Assembly (NCBI GenBank): GCA_964486045.1 | Contig: CAZALK010000004.1 | Location: 64,001-128,000, forward strand | DNA from: an uncultured archaeon | Lineage (GTDB): Archaea > Asgardarchaeota > Lokiarchaeia > Sigyniarchaeales > SOKP01 | Length of the DNA stretch: 64,000 nucleotides | Direction: 5' to 3' | Part shown: positions 40,131 to 49,685 of the stretch, piece after piece | How positions within the stretch are numbered: the first letter of the stretch is position 1 | Layout: each line of letters begins with the position of its first letter | The notes under the pieces: generated by a model | Told to the model about the DNA's origin: nothing | What the model saw: the letters and a program-made list of their open reading frames with translations, nothing else | Databases searched by the model: none | Translations under genes and position numbers: made by a program

Positions 40131-41406
40131 AAAAGCAATCCCCCTCTTCGAGATCCTTGTTAAAATCAATATGTCTTATTCCTGTAGGCATATATAATGA
40201 CACTATAACGACTAATCCCCCCATAGCACTTAGAAAGAATAATAATCTTATTCCTATAATTTCAGCTAAAAATCCAGTTAGTAATGCACCAATGGGAATC
40301 ATTAGCAGAGATAATGCACTTCCAATTGAAGTAGCTCTTCCCAATTTATCATGGGGTACATTTGTTTGTACAATTGTTTGAACCACAGTGCTATTAATTA
40401 TTTGAAAAAACCCCATCAAAAATTCACTTAAAAATATTATAATAATTGCTCTTGTAGGAGCAAAAGCTAACCACATGTACCCAATCATCACAAATACTAA
40501 TGAAGCGAATGAAGTGTAAATTTTATGATTCCAGTGTTTTTTAACGATAGTAAGTATGGCTCCACAAATAATACCTACTTGAAACCCCACGGAAAATAAT
40601 GCGTATTCTAGCTCGTTTCCTAAATGAATTACATTCACATAATAAGGAAATAATACATTTAAGGGTTGTATTATTAAGTTAAGAAGCATCCCCATCATAG
40701 TAAGAATAAGCACACCAGGAGTTATCCAGATTGTGCGAAGACCCTCCACAACTTCAGCTATAAAAAACTCACTTTTAGTTTTTTCTTCCTCACTCCTTAC
40801 TTTAGGGATTTTAATTACCAGTAATGGTCCTAAGGCAATAAAAAATGTTATGATATCTAACCATAGAGCTTGCTGTACAGCAACTGATAATGTGAGATTA
40901 ATTCTCAGAAAAACCAAAATGGTTCCTGCTAGAGCTGGACCTAAAAGTTGTACTGTACCAGTAGCAAAAAAATTAATTCCGTTTACTCTGCTTAATTTAT
41001 CTTTGGGAACCATTGTTGGGATAATCACAATTACAGTTGATTGATGAAAACCCTGAAAGACACTTCTAATTGTTATAAAGATCAAAAATATCCAATAATC
41101 AGTAAATCCAAAAGTCATAAATACCATAAGAATGAAAGTTGCAAACGCCTGCGATGAATCTACTACTAAAATCAGAATTTTTCTATTTAATCTATCAGCA
41201 AAAACGCCAGCTATTGGAGTGGCGATAATTAAGGGTACAATATAGCAAACTCGTGCCCATGCTAAGACAGCTGGACTCTGAGTTGTCTCCGTTAAATACC
41301 ATGTGACGAGAAAATAGACTGCAATAGAGCCCAAGAGGGAAAATACCTGTCCTCCCCAAAAAAATATATAATGTTGAAATGTGGTTTTCGTTGGCTTAGT
41401 TTCCAA
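40114..41406 (-). CDS. MFS transporter (MefA/DHA3-like efflux)
   Basis: GQVFSLLGS, GVFADRLNRK and VPHDKLGR motifs with ~12 TM helices. Confidence 0.92.
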   Translation of the reverse strand: METKPTKTTFQHYIFFWGGQVFSLLGSIAVYFLVTWYLTETTQSPAVLAWARVCYIVPLIIATPIAGVFADRLNRKILILVVDSSQAFATFILMVFMTFGFTDYWIFLIFITIRSVFQGFHQSTVIVIIPTMVPKDKLSRVNGINFFATGTVQLLGPALAGTILVFLRINLTLSVAVQQALWLDIITFFIALGPLLVIKIPKVRSEEEKTKSEFFIAEVVEGLRTIWITPGVLILTMMGMLLNLIIQPLNVLFPYYVNVIHLGNELEYALFSVGFQVGIICGAILTIVKKHWNHKIYTSFASLVFVMIGYMWLAFAPTRAIIIIFLSEFLMGFFQIINSTVVQTIVQTNVPHDKLGRATSIGSALSLLMIPIGALLTGFLAEIIGIRLLFFLSAMGGLVVIVSLYMPTGIRHIDFNKDLEEGDCFYEEIA

Positions 41407-41434
41407 TTTTATTATCAGCTTTTATCTTATCAAA

Positions 41435-41525
41435 TTTCACTAAATTTTCATTGAAATTAGACTTTGAATTTACCATTCTATACTAATTTCAAAGGAAATC
41501 GGCACAAAATTTTCAAAAAGCTCGA
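41435..41525 (+). repeat. Dispersed non-coding repeat, long copy
   Basis: Aligns with 29004-29095. Confidence 0.7.
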
Positions 41526-41767
41526 AAAACTAAGACCAAAAACTGTTTAATATAATTAAAGATAGCTTAAAAAGGATATCACGAAAAACCTCACACCCTG
41601 TGGCTAGATACAAATGTAAACCTTCCCCCTAAAAATCGATTTAATAGACAAATTATTAATTGAAAATGAAAAAGGCTATAAAAATCATGGCTCACCGAAA
41701 ATTATTTGTCTTATGATTGAAAAGTATATAATAATATGAATTATCTTTCGTTCGAAGATGGTAATGT

Positions 41768-42679
41768 ATGAGTAAAATCAAGTTTGGGGTAACGATAAAT
41801 GCTGCTCCGGATATGCTATACAGATCCGATTACGATTCAATTAGAAAAATAGCTATAGATTGTGAAAGATTGGGTTACGACTCTCTTTGGGCTATGGATC
41901 ACCTAATATGGGGAAATTTTAATGAGGGAAGCGTTTTCGAAGCTTGGACACTTCTTTCCGCCTTAGCAGTGGAAACTAAAAAAATCAAACTCGGACCTTT
42001 AGTAGCCTGCAATTCTTTTAGAAGTCCTTCACTGACCGCTAAAATAGCAGCTACAATAGATGTAATCTCAAAGGGAAGATTGATATTCGGCTATGGAGCC
42101 GGTTGGAAGGAACAAGAATATAGAGCTTATGGTTATCGATTCGAAGATCCAGTTACAAGAGTGAAACAAATGAGGGAAGGAATAACACTAATAAAGAAGC
42201 TCTGGACAGGAGAAACAACAAGCTTTCAAGGAGATTTCTATGAGGTAAATAATGCAATCTGCAAACCAAAACCCTTACAAAAACCTCATCCTCCAATCAT
42301 GATCGGTGGGGGGGGTGAAAAATATACACTAAAAGTCGCAGCTGAAATCGGGGATATCTGGGATCGATGGGGAGCTTCTATAGAAGAATATAAAAGAAAG
42401 GTGAGTATATTACATGAATACTGCGATAATCTCGGGAGAAAAATCGATGATCTAGAACTATCCTGGAGTGGTCCATTTCTAATCGGAAAAGATAAAATAC
42501 AATTAAACAAAAAAATTAGTCAGTATGGGAATGATAATGGCATTTCGTGTACGTATGACAAGTGTATAAAAATATTACAAGAGTTTATTGACCTGGGTTG
42601 TAAACAATTCATATTCGTCATAAGTGGTTTTAATGATGAAAAAGAGACCTTTATGGATGAGATAGGTTCCTCGTTTTAG
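41768..42679 (+). CDS. LLM-class (probably F420-dependent) oxidoreductase
   Basis: GYDSLWAMDH, EAWTLLSALA, GAGW...EY and PKPLQKPHPPIMIGGGGE motifs. Confidence 0.92.
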   Translation: MSKIKFGVTINAAPDMLYRSDYDSIRKIAIDCERLGYDSLWAMDHLIWGNFNEGSVFEAWTLLSALAVETKKIKLGPLVACNSFRSPSLTAKIAATIDVISKGRLIFGYGAGWKEQEYRAYGYRFEDPVTRVKQMREGITLIKKLWTGETTSFQGDFYEVNNAICKPKPLQKPHPPIMIGGGGEKYTLKVAAEIGDIWDRWGASIEEYKRKVSILHEYCDNLGRKIDDLELSWSGPFLIGKDKIQLNKKISQYGNDNGISCTYDKCIKILQEFIDLGCKQFIFVISGFNDEKETFMDEIGSSF

Positions 42680-42765
42680 AAAAAAACAAAACAGAAGCTA
42701 AAATTTTAGAAAAAAAAAAAAATTTCTCCAATGGTTCTCTCTTTTTCACATATTTTTGCGTAAAA

Positions 42766-43302
42766 CTACACTCTCCAGAGGAGTGTGGAAAAATTATTCT
42801 CGATATTGAGTTGATCCAAAAGTAATGATACTCCCCCTCGATGATGGGTATGATGATTGAACATTAGAAGCAAAGTACGCCACGTGATGTAATTAAACTT
42901 GCCACGTCGTGACTCCATTGTTATTTCTGTAGTATATTGGTCAGGAGAAAGGGCAGTAACCACACGTTCTATTATTTTATCAACCTCTACTCTTACAGTA
43001 TTATATTCAGAAAGTGTTTTCCAGTGAAGTTCTTTTTGGGGTAGTCGATCAATCTGAAAATCCTCTATTAATGGGGGAACAAAATCTAAATCTGAAATGT
43101 TCCCTCCCAGCATTTTAAGCCAACTTATATCCGAAGCCAATAGGTGATCTAGGACTCCTAAAATGGACCCAAAATAAGATCCTAAATCCTCAGTCAACTT
43201 GGAAGATTCAAGACCATCTAAAACCTTCACAACATCTTTATTCGCCATAGTATTATACTTAGCAAGCCTTTCAAATACATCCTTTATATTTTCTGGCATC
43301 AT
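42766..43302 (-). CDS. DinB family protein
   Basis: YN..AN, FGSI...L.H....D..WL and FNHHTHHRG motifs. Confidence 0.9.
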   Translation of the reverse strand: MMPENIKDVFERLAKYNTMANKDVVKVLDGLESSKLTEDLGSYFGSILGVLDHLLASDISWLKMLGGNISDLDFVPPLIEDFQIDRLPQKELHWKTLSEYNTVRVEVDKIIERVVTALSPDQYTTEITMESRRGKFNYITWRTLLLMFNHHTHHRGGVSLLLDQLNIENNFSTLLWRV

Positions 43303-43549
43303 CCATTACCTCTATTTATATTTTTTTTATAGTTTAATTAATCCTTATCCCAGAATCTATTTAACAATTTAGAATTGGGATTTTTTACTAAATTTTATAA
43401 TGATTCACTCAAAACTATCTACTTTTAAGATTACAATAAGTTATTTTTAAAAAAGATCCTAAGATTATAATCATAATATAGAAAAAATGTAAAAAATCCT
43501 AAATATTTTTAGCTAAAAATTCTAAAATCTTATAATTTAAGGTGATAAT

Positions 43550-44116
43550 TTGGTTAATCTTAACAAGCTTACTGTAAATTACCTTGAAAAATTAGGTAAG
43601 GAATTAAAAATTACTTTTAAAAGCTCTAGCAAAAAGTCTGATAAAATAAGAGCAATAAACAATGCAGGTATCCCCGATAATAAGCTAGAAGAATTATTTA
43701 ACAAATACTTTGCTCAATATCAAGCTTCAAAAGGAAAACCTACTATATTTAAGAAAAAACGAGTCAAACAATCGACTGTGTTAGAAACACGTATCAAATT
43801 ACTTGAGAAACAAGTTAAGTTTCTAATGTCTAAAATCGATAATATTGAAATCAATATAGCAAAAGAGCGAACTTCCAAAACATTAGGTGGGGGTTACAAC
43901 ATAAAGGAAGTTCAAAATATAATAAAGTCGAAAGTTTCACCCGGAGAATCGATAACTATAGATGAAGTTTTGAATCTAAGGAAACTTAAGAAATTTCCGA
44001 GAGATATAATAAAAAAAGGTATTATAGATTTAATAGATGATGAAATTTTCGATGTTTCAGAAGGACGATCGATTCAAAAAATACAAGGAAACATAGCACG
44101 ATTAATACGCAGGTAA
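43550..44116 (+). CDS. Hypothetical DNA-binding partner (helical N-terminus, coiled coil, winged-helix-like C-terminus)
   Basis: LETRIKLLEKQVKFLMSKI coiled coil and a basic composition. Lies 27 bp upstream of the ATPase gene. Confidence 0.7.
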   Translation: MVNLNKLTVNYLEKLGKELKITFKSSSKKSDKIRAINNAGIPDNKLEELFNKYFAQYQASKGKPTIFKKKRVKQSTVLETRIKLLEKQVKFLMSKIDNIEINIAKERTSKTLGGGYNIKEVQNIIKSKVSPGESITIDEVLNLRKLKKFPRDIIKKGIIDLIDDEIFDVSEGRSIQKIQGNIARLIRR

Positions 44117-44143
44117 GAGAAAATTCTAAAAGGAGGCAACAAT

Positions 44144-46588
44144 TTGGTATATCAAAGAAGACTAACCTGGGTTTCAACAAGCGATTACGAAAGGTTATCC
44201 TCTATAATATTTGAGACGAAAATTAATCCATTTGGTATAGCAGCTTATAATCCTAATGAACCTGTAACAGATTTTGTAGGGAGAAGGGAGGAACTTTTAC
44301 AATTTAAAGAACAAATACAAATTGTAATTAATAATAAAATCAGTAGATCTGTGAAATTAAATGGACCTGCAGGTGTAGGAAAATCCACATTATTTAATTT
44401 TCTTAAGGAATCGATAGAAAAAGAGAGAATATCTATTAGATCAGATTCTGAGTATATTTTAAAAGATTGTGATGTGCTTTCTACGTTCTTTCAAATCCCT
44501 GATAAGATCTCTGATTTTTTAGACATTTGGAAACCATTACTAGAGGGTTTAAGGCCAGGATTTGAAAAAGAAATAGGTTATGATATAAGTTTACCAGAAT
44601 ACATCACTTTTCAAATTATCTATCGAATGTTTCTAAAAGATAGAGAAAAATTAGCTGAAATTATATGGAAAGATACAGAGCGCCCTCAGAGATTATACCA
44701 GGTAGAACTTAAAGATATTATAGATCCCTTGTTTTCTCAAGGAACTCCAGCAGTTCTAGCACTTCAAGAACATTATTCCTTGAAAAAAAGAGAGCTCCGA
44801 GATGTTTTTAAAGTAAGAATAAAAGGCAGGATTTACGAAATCAAACGAAGTGATAATAAAAATATTCTTAATCTTTTCAGAGTTATTGATGAAGATGACC
44901 CTGATGATTATTTGGAATTATTACTAGATGCTAATTCAGATTTATTTAAGACCAATGATGATCTGATTAATTATTTTAATGATTTAATGCGTTATTATGC
45001 CTGTAGCACAAAAAAACAACCAATTTTATTGATTGGAATTGATGAAGCTGTAAAGGCAGATCCACAAATTTTCAATCAATATTATCAAAATTTAGGAAAT
45101 TTGTTTGTTAAATTAAGAAATACATTAAATGATATTCTATTTGTTTTCATATCTACTACGGAGGATTGGGCAGAATTTGATAATATAATAAAGAAAAATA
45201 CTGATCTTCAGAGCCAATTAGGAGAATTTATGCATGAAATGCCCCTAACTCAATTGAGTGTAGATGAATTGGCTCAAGTTTTCAAAAACCGTATGAATAG
45301 GTTTTGGGAAAATTATCCTTCCCAACGTCCTCTTGAAGCGCCTTATTATCCTTTCTCTGAGAATTTATTTGAATATGTATATCGTTATAGATTGAGAGAT
45401 TTACGCGCTACGATACACTTTCTTAAAGATATGTGGATTAAGTTTAAATATTTAAGAAAAATTCCAAAATTTGAGACAATTTTCGAATCGTTGAGAGAAG
45501 TTCGGAAATTTGATGCAAGGGGGTTCAATCCTAATACGTTTAAAAGATTTGAGTGGAATATTATAAAAAATTCATTCAATGATCCTACAAGATTTAGAAG
45601 TAATTCTGCAAGATCTTCAGAAGTTGAAAAAGGGCTGGAATATGCTTGGAAGTGTCTCTTATATGAAAATCCACCAACAGTTACGAGAGTTGATAATAAT
45701 TGCACTATTATAACATCAAGTGGTAGTCGTAGACCTGATATTTATTTAGAAATTCTGGGTAATTTAGGGGCTGAATTTCGACGTAATATTGAATTTCAAG
45801 TAAAAGCTTACAATCAAGGAGGGACTGTTGCCTTGCACCATATTAAGTCTTCTCTCGAATTATTTACGGAACAATTTACAGATTTTATTTATTTTATAAT
45901 CACAGGGAAGGGATTAAAACCAGATGCAGAAGCAGCAATTAAAGGCTTAGAAATAACTTATACTAATCGAATACGACGTCCGATTTTAACTGAAGACCAA
46001 CGAAATCGTCTGTATTTATTAGCATTATATAAAGAAATTACAGGTAAAAATTTAGATGGAACCCTCCCAAAGGACTTTCAAATTGCTAAGGATCTTCTTT
46101 CATTTATTATTGGACAACCTATTGAAGATTTTTTGTCTGGGGTTAAAAGATTAGCTTATAGACAAACAATAACCGAAGTTGAGATTATATCCCCTCCGGT
46201 TGTTAAACCTTCCGAACCATCTCAAACTGAATTGCCATCTTTTGACGATGATTCAGAAATAATAGTACTCCCTGGAGAGCAATTCGGTACTCAAGTAAAA
46301 TGGTTAGACGATCATCCCAGTTTAAAACCTTATCGATTTGAAGCATCGGCACTTTGTGGTTACTTAAAAACTAGGGAAGAGGGTAGATACAAATTCAAAT
46401 TTACCATCCCTACAGTGGAAAAAAATGTTATTATGCCTAATGCCTCTCTAGGTAAACAGTTATTTAGAACACTAGTTAAAGTTTTGAAAGAAAAAGGATA
46501 TATTGTTCCAGAAAAATCATCATTTAAACTTACTCAGTTAGGAGAGCAACTTTATCAAACAATAAAAGCAGATAATTATTCTTGTTAA
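44144..46588 (+). CDS. AAA+/ORC-CDC6-like ATPase with a PD-(D/E)xK (Mrr-like) nuclease domain and C-terminal wHTH
   Basis: NPF...DFVGRREEL, Walker A GPAGVGKS, Walker B LLIGIDE, YYPF, RRPDI...IEFQVK, and LKEKGYI....FKLTQLG. Confidence 0.8.
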   Translation: MVYQRRLTWVSTSDYERLSSIIFETKINPFGIAAYNPNEPVTDFVGRREELLQFKEQIQIVINNKISRSVKLNGPAGVGKSTLFNFLKESIEKERISIRSDSEYILKDCDVLSTFFQIPDKISDFLDIWKPLLEGLRPGFEKEIGYDISLPEYITFQIIYRMFLKDREKLAEIIWKDTERPQRLYQVELKDIIDPLFSQGTPAVLALQEHYSLKKRELRDVFKVRIKGRIYEIKRSDNKNILNLFRVIDEDDPDDYLELLLDANSDLFKTNDDLINYFNDLMRYYACSTKKQPILLIGIDEAVKADPQIFNQYYQNLGNLFVKLRNTLNDILFVFISTTEDWAEFDNIIKKNTDLQSQLGEFMHEMPLTQLSVDELAQVFKNRMNRFWENYPSQRPLEAPYYPFSENLFEYVYRYRLRDLRATIHFLKDMWIKFKYLRKIPKFETIFESLREVRKFDARGFNPNTFKRFEWNIIKNSFNDPTRFRSNSARSSEVEKGLEYAWKCLLYENPPTVTRVDNNCTIITSSGSRRPDIYLEILGNLGAEFRRNIEFQVKAYNQGGTVALHHIKSSLELFTEQFTDFIYFIITGKGLKPDAEAAIKGLEITYTNRIRRPILTEDQRNRLYLLALYKEITGKNLDGTLPKDFQIAKDLLSFIIGQPIEDFLSGVKRLAYRQTITEVEIISPPVVKPSEPSQTELPSFDDDSEIIVLPGEQFGTQVKWLDDHPSLKPYRFEASALCGYLKTREEGRYKFKFTIPTVEKNVIMPNASLGKQLFRTLVKVLKEKGYIVPEKSSFKLTQLGEQLYQTIKADNYSC

Positions 46589-46612
46589 AGATTATGGCTT
46601 GCGTAAAATATT

Positions 46613-46756
46613 TTACTTTTTTCTTGATTTTCCTTGAGATTTAGGATTATTTTGGTTCATTTGATTTGATCTATTATCATTTGCTGCTTTAGAAGCCGGA
46701 TTATTTGGATTTTTTGAATTTGATCTATTATCGTTTGAACTTTTATTTTTACCCAT
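46613..46756 (-). CDS. 47-aa NDNRSN-repeat microprotein (MGKNKSSNDNRSNSKNPNNPASKAANDNRSNQMNQNNPKSQGKSRKK)
   Basis: Hand-translated. It has an AAGGTGA RBS upstream and an internal 54-bp repeat, and is absent from the ORF track. Confidence 0.8.
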   Translation of the reverse strand: MGKNKSSNDNRSNSKNPNNPASKAANDNRSNQMNQNNPKSQGKSRKK

Positions 46757-46887
46757 CAACTTCACCTTTATGTTTATTTAAAAATATGATTTGTGGTAAA
46801 TTAAAATTTACATTTCTGCTCAAATTTTATAAAGCAAATAAAGGAATATATATCTATAAAACCAAATCTAAACTTTTACTTATAGTC

Positions 46888-48660
46888 ATGGCAAATTTCC
46901 TAAGTACACCCCCTTTATCAGCTACTGACGGAGAACGAGCGTTTTATAATCGAATTAAGTATCTTTATCTTGGCGAAGATCACTTAATAGGATATTTTGA
47001 GCCGGATATTGGAGGGATTCATCCTGATTTTTTACTTCTTTCTCCCATTATCGGAATAATAATAGTAGAGATAAAGGATTATTCAGAGAAATATTTGAAA
47101 ACGATGGCTAAATCGGGAAAATGGGAGAGATTAAAAGATGATAATCTTATCTTTCTTGATAATCCATTTGATCAGATATATCAATACTGGCGAGTGATAA
47201 AAGACAGGATTGATTATTGTCATTTTCCAAAAAACATAGAAATCCCAATAATTCGATTAGTAGTTTTTAGCAAAATTCCTCATGATGGTCATATTGCTGA
47301 AGAAATTAGGAAAATTGTCCCTGCGAAAATCCATCTGTGTTTTAAGAACATGTTGAATAGAAATGAGAAATTTAAAGAATATTTTAATGATATTTTACCC
47401 TCAAATTTAGAGCTCCTTGCTGAATATTTTAATCTGCTTCGAGCAAATATTATCCCAACATGTAGATTACCCACACAAAAACAAACAGATCTGCTTGAAT
47501 ACTTTACACATGAGGAGAAGGTTAAATTACTCGATCAAGACCAAGAAAAATTTGCACGAGAATTAGGAGAGGGTCATCGACTAATCTTTGGCGTTGCCGG
47601 TAGTGGAAAAACAATCTTGTTACTTGCCAGAGCTAGAATCCTTGCTAAACGTCATCCAGATTGGAAGATTTTAATTCTATGTTACAACAAACTACTTAAA
47701 AAGCTACTTTTCAACTTATTAAATCCTCAAGATTATGAGGCGGATATCACAATTAGCACTTTTCATGGATGGGCCCGGAATTACATTTTAAACATTGAAA
47801 ACGAATTCTCTATGATATACAAAAAAGCTGAAGAAAAAGCAAAGAAAGAAGAAAAAATGTATGAATTTTTCCAAGATTTTGTACCAAATTTATTATCAAA
47901 GACGATTGAAGTATTAGGAGATACTAAGATTGAATATAACGCAATTTTAATAGACGAAGCTCAAGATTTTGATGAATCTTGGTTTTTACCTCTAATGCAA
48001 ACATTAAATCTTGAGACTAACTCATTATTAATTACATGTGATGGACTTCAGGGAATATATGCCAGAAAAAGGTTTTATTGGTCTGATGTAGGGATACAAG
48101 CAAGGGGAAGAGTTAAAAAATTTAGAAATTCATATCGAACACCACTTGAAATTGGATATTTGGCCCAAGAAACTTTACCTGAAAATCTTAAAGAATTAAT
48201 AGACAAATTTGATGAATTTCTTTCAACTGACAAGTTTCTGGGTGCCCATGGGACTGTGGAAATTGCCGTATCGGAAAATAGAGATGATGAATACAAGAAT
48301 ATTGTAAGTAAAATAGGTAGACTTCTTAAAAATCCTCAAGAAATATTAGTACTTTTTAAGTACAATATGGCGAAAATTGACTATGATCATTTATTTTGTA
48401 GATACCTCGAGGATTCTAAGATTGTGTGGAAAGACCTGCAAGACCATAATTATAATTCTCCCGGATTATTAATAGGGACTCTCCACGGAACTAAAGGTTT
48501 AGAATCTGATACCATTATAATTCCTGAAATTGACACATACAGATCTGATAAGGATCGTCAATTACTTTATGTAGGTATAACTCGTTCTCGGAAAAAAATA
48601 ATCTTAACTGCTAGCAAATCTACAGAATTGATAAAGTCTTTAGAACAATATCAAACCTAA
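46888..48660 (+). CDS. NERD nuclease domain + superfamily-1 (UvrD-like) helicase
   Basis: PDF...IVEIKD...NPFDQ, GVAGSGKT, LCYN, IDEAQD, SYR, KGLE and LYVGITR motifs. Start reassigned to ATG 46888. Confidence 0.9.
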   Translation: MANFLSTPPLSATDGERAFYNRIKYLYLGEDHLIGYFEPDIGGIHPDFLLLSPIIGIIIVEIKDYSEKYLKTMAKSGKWERLKDDNLIFLDNPFDQIYQYWRVIKDRIDYCHFPKNIEIPIIRLVVFSKIPHDGHIAEEIRKIVPAKIHLCFKNMLNRNEKFKEYFNDILPSNLELLAEYFNLLRANIIPTCRLPTQKQTDLLEYFTHEEKVKLLDQDQEKFARELGEGHRLIFGVAGSGKTILLLARARILAKRHPDWKILILCYNKLLKKLLFNLLNPQDYEADITISTFHGWARNYILNIENEFSMIYKKAEEKAKKEEKMYEFFQDFVPNLLSKTIEVLGDTKIEYNAILIDEAQDFDESWFLPLMQTLNLETNSLLITCDGLQGIYARKRFYWSDVGIQARGRVKKFRNSYRTPLEIGYLAQETLPENLKELIDKFDEFLSTDKFLGAHGTVEIAVSENRDDEYKNIVSKIGRLLKNPQEILVLFKYNMAKIDYDHLFCRYLEDSKIVWKDLQDHNYNSPGLLIGTLHGTKGLESDTIIIPEIDTYRSDKDRQLLYVGITRSRKKIILTASKSTELIKSLEQYQT

Positions 48661-48947
48661 GAACAGATTTGACATATAGGGCAAAGATGGGTTCCAACAA
48701 TGATGAATCGATCAGTTGGGATAAAGAGGTTTGACCCTAATAATCTTTTAACTAAACCTTTATTTTCAGAATAATCCTTCAAAATGAATTCATTTGGAGC
48801 AAGTTCTACGGAATCATGCTTAATAGAAAGTTCGGCTATCGGTTCACCATTAATATCAAGAACATATACTGCAAGTTGACCGTTTAAATATTGTTTTAAA
48901 TGCAGTTTTCTATCAATACTTATTTGAGTAGTTATCATTTCTTTCAT
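48657..48947 (-). CDS. Small hypothetical protein (DUF4313-like, typical of mobile elements)
   Basis: YLNGQLAV...GEPIAELS...KDYSEN pattern recalled from phage/MGE proteins. Confidence 0.55.
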   Translation of the reverse strand: MKEMITTQISIDRKLHLKQYLNGQLAVYVLDINGEPIAELSIKHDSVELAPNEFILKDYSENKGLVKRLLGSNLFIPTDRFIIVGTHLCPICQICS

Positions 48948-49115
48948 GTTTTATGACATTGTCATTATTTATAAAGAAAAAAAGGGTATTCAAATAATGA
49001 TTTTTAAACTCTCTAAATATTAGACGTTTTAACTAAATTGATTCTAATCTCTGAATAGAAGATATATATAGTTAAACCATCAGTATTTACATTAGATATA
49101 AATATATAATATAGA

Positions 49116-49571
49116 TTGATAACTATGAGCAAAAACCAAATCAAAAGAAACAAAACTCTTAAGATCTATACTGATGGAGCAGCACGAGGAAATCCCGGAC
49201 CGGCAGCTTACTCATTTATATTCGTTTGTAATGGGGAAATAATACAAAAAGGATTTGGATTCATCGGAACAGCCACAAACAACACAGCAGAATACCAAGC
49301 AATTATAAAAGCGTTAAAAGCAGCTGAAAAGTTTCATGGCAGCAATCTCCAAGTTTATTCTGACAGCAAACTAGCTGTTCAACAGATTAATAAAAAGTGG
49401 AAAATCAATTATCCACATCTGGTGAAAATGTGTAGTGAAGTTCATAAATTAAGTGAGAGATATAAAAAAGTTGAGTTCTTTCATGTAAGTCGTAATAATC
49501 CCTTTATTAAAAAATGCGATGAACTATGTAATTCTCAATTGGATAAGCAGAGGTTTTCAAATCAACAATAA
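49116..49571 (+). CDS. rnhA: Ribonuclease HI
   Basis: YTDGAARGNPG, TNNTAEY, SDS and CDEL motifs. Confidence 0.92.
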   Translation: MITMSKNQIKRNKTLKIYTDGAARGNPGPAAYSFIFVCNGEIIQKGFGFIGTATNNTAEYQAIIKALKAAEKFHGSNLQVYSDSKLAVQQINKKWKINYPHLVKMCSEVHKLSERYKKVEFFHVSRNNPFIKKCDELCNSQLDKQRFSNQQ

Positions 49572-49685
49572 ATTTTTGACTATCTTTCTTTTATTTATAG
49601 AATAAGATGAATTTAGCTTTGAGTGTGAAAATTTTTATACTTACTAGTTAATTATTAAATATTAAAGGAAAGGATATTTCCAAGG

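Noticed and set aside
46705-46887. N-terminal extension of the NERD helicase in the ORF track
   Set aside because: It overlaps the antisense microprotein and AT-rich promoter DNA. ATG 46888 gives a normal NERD start.
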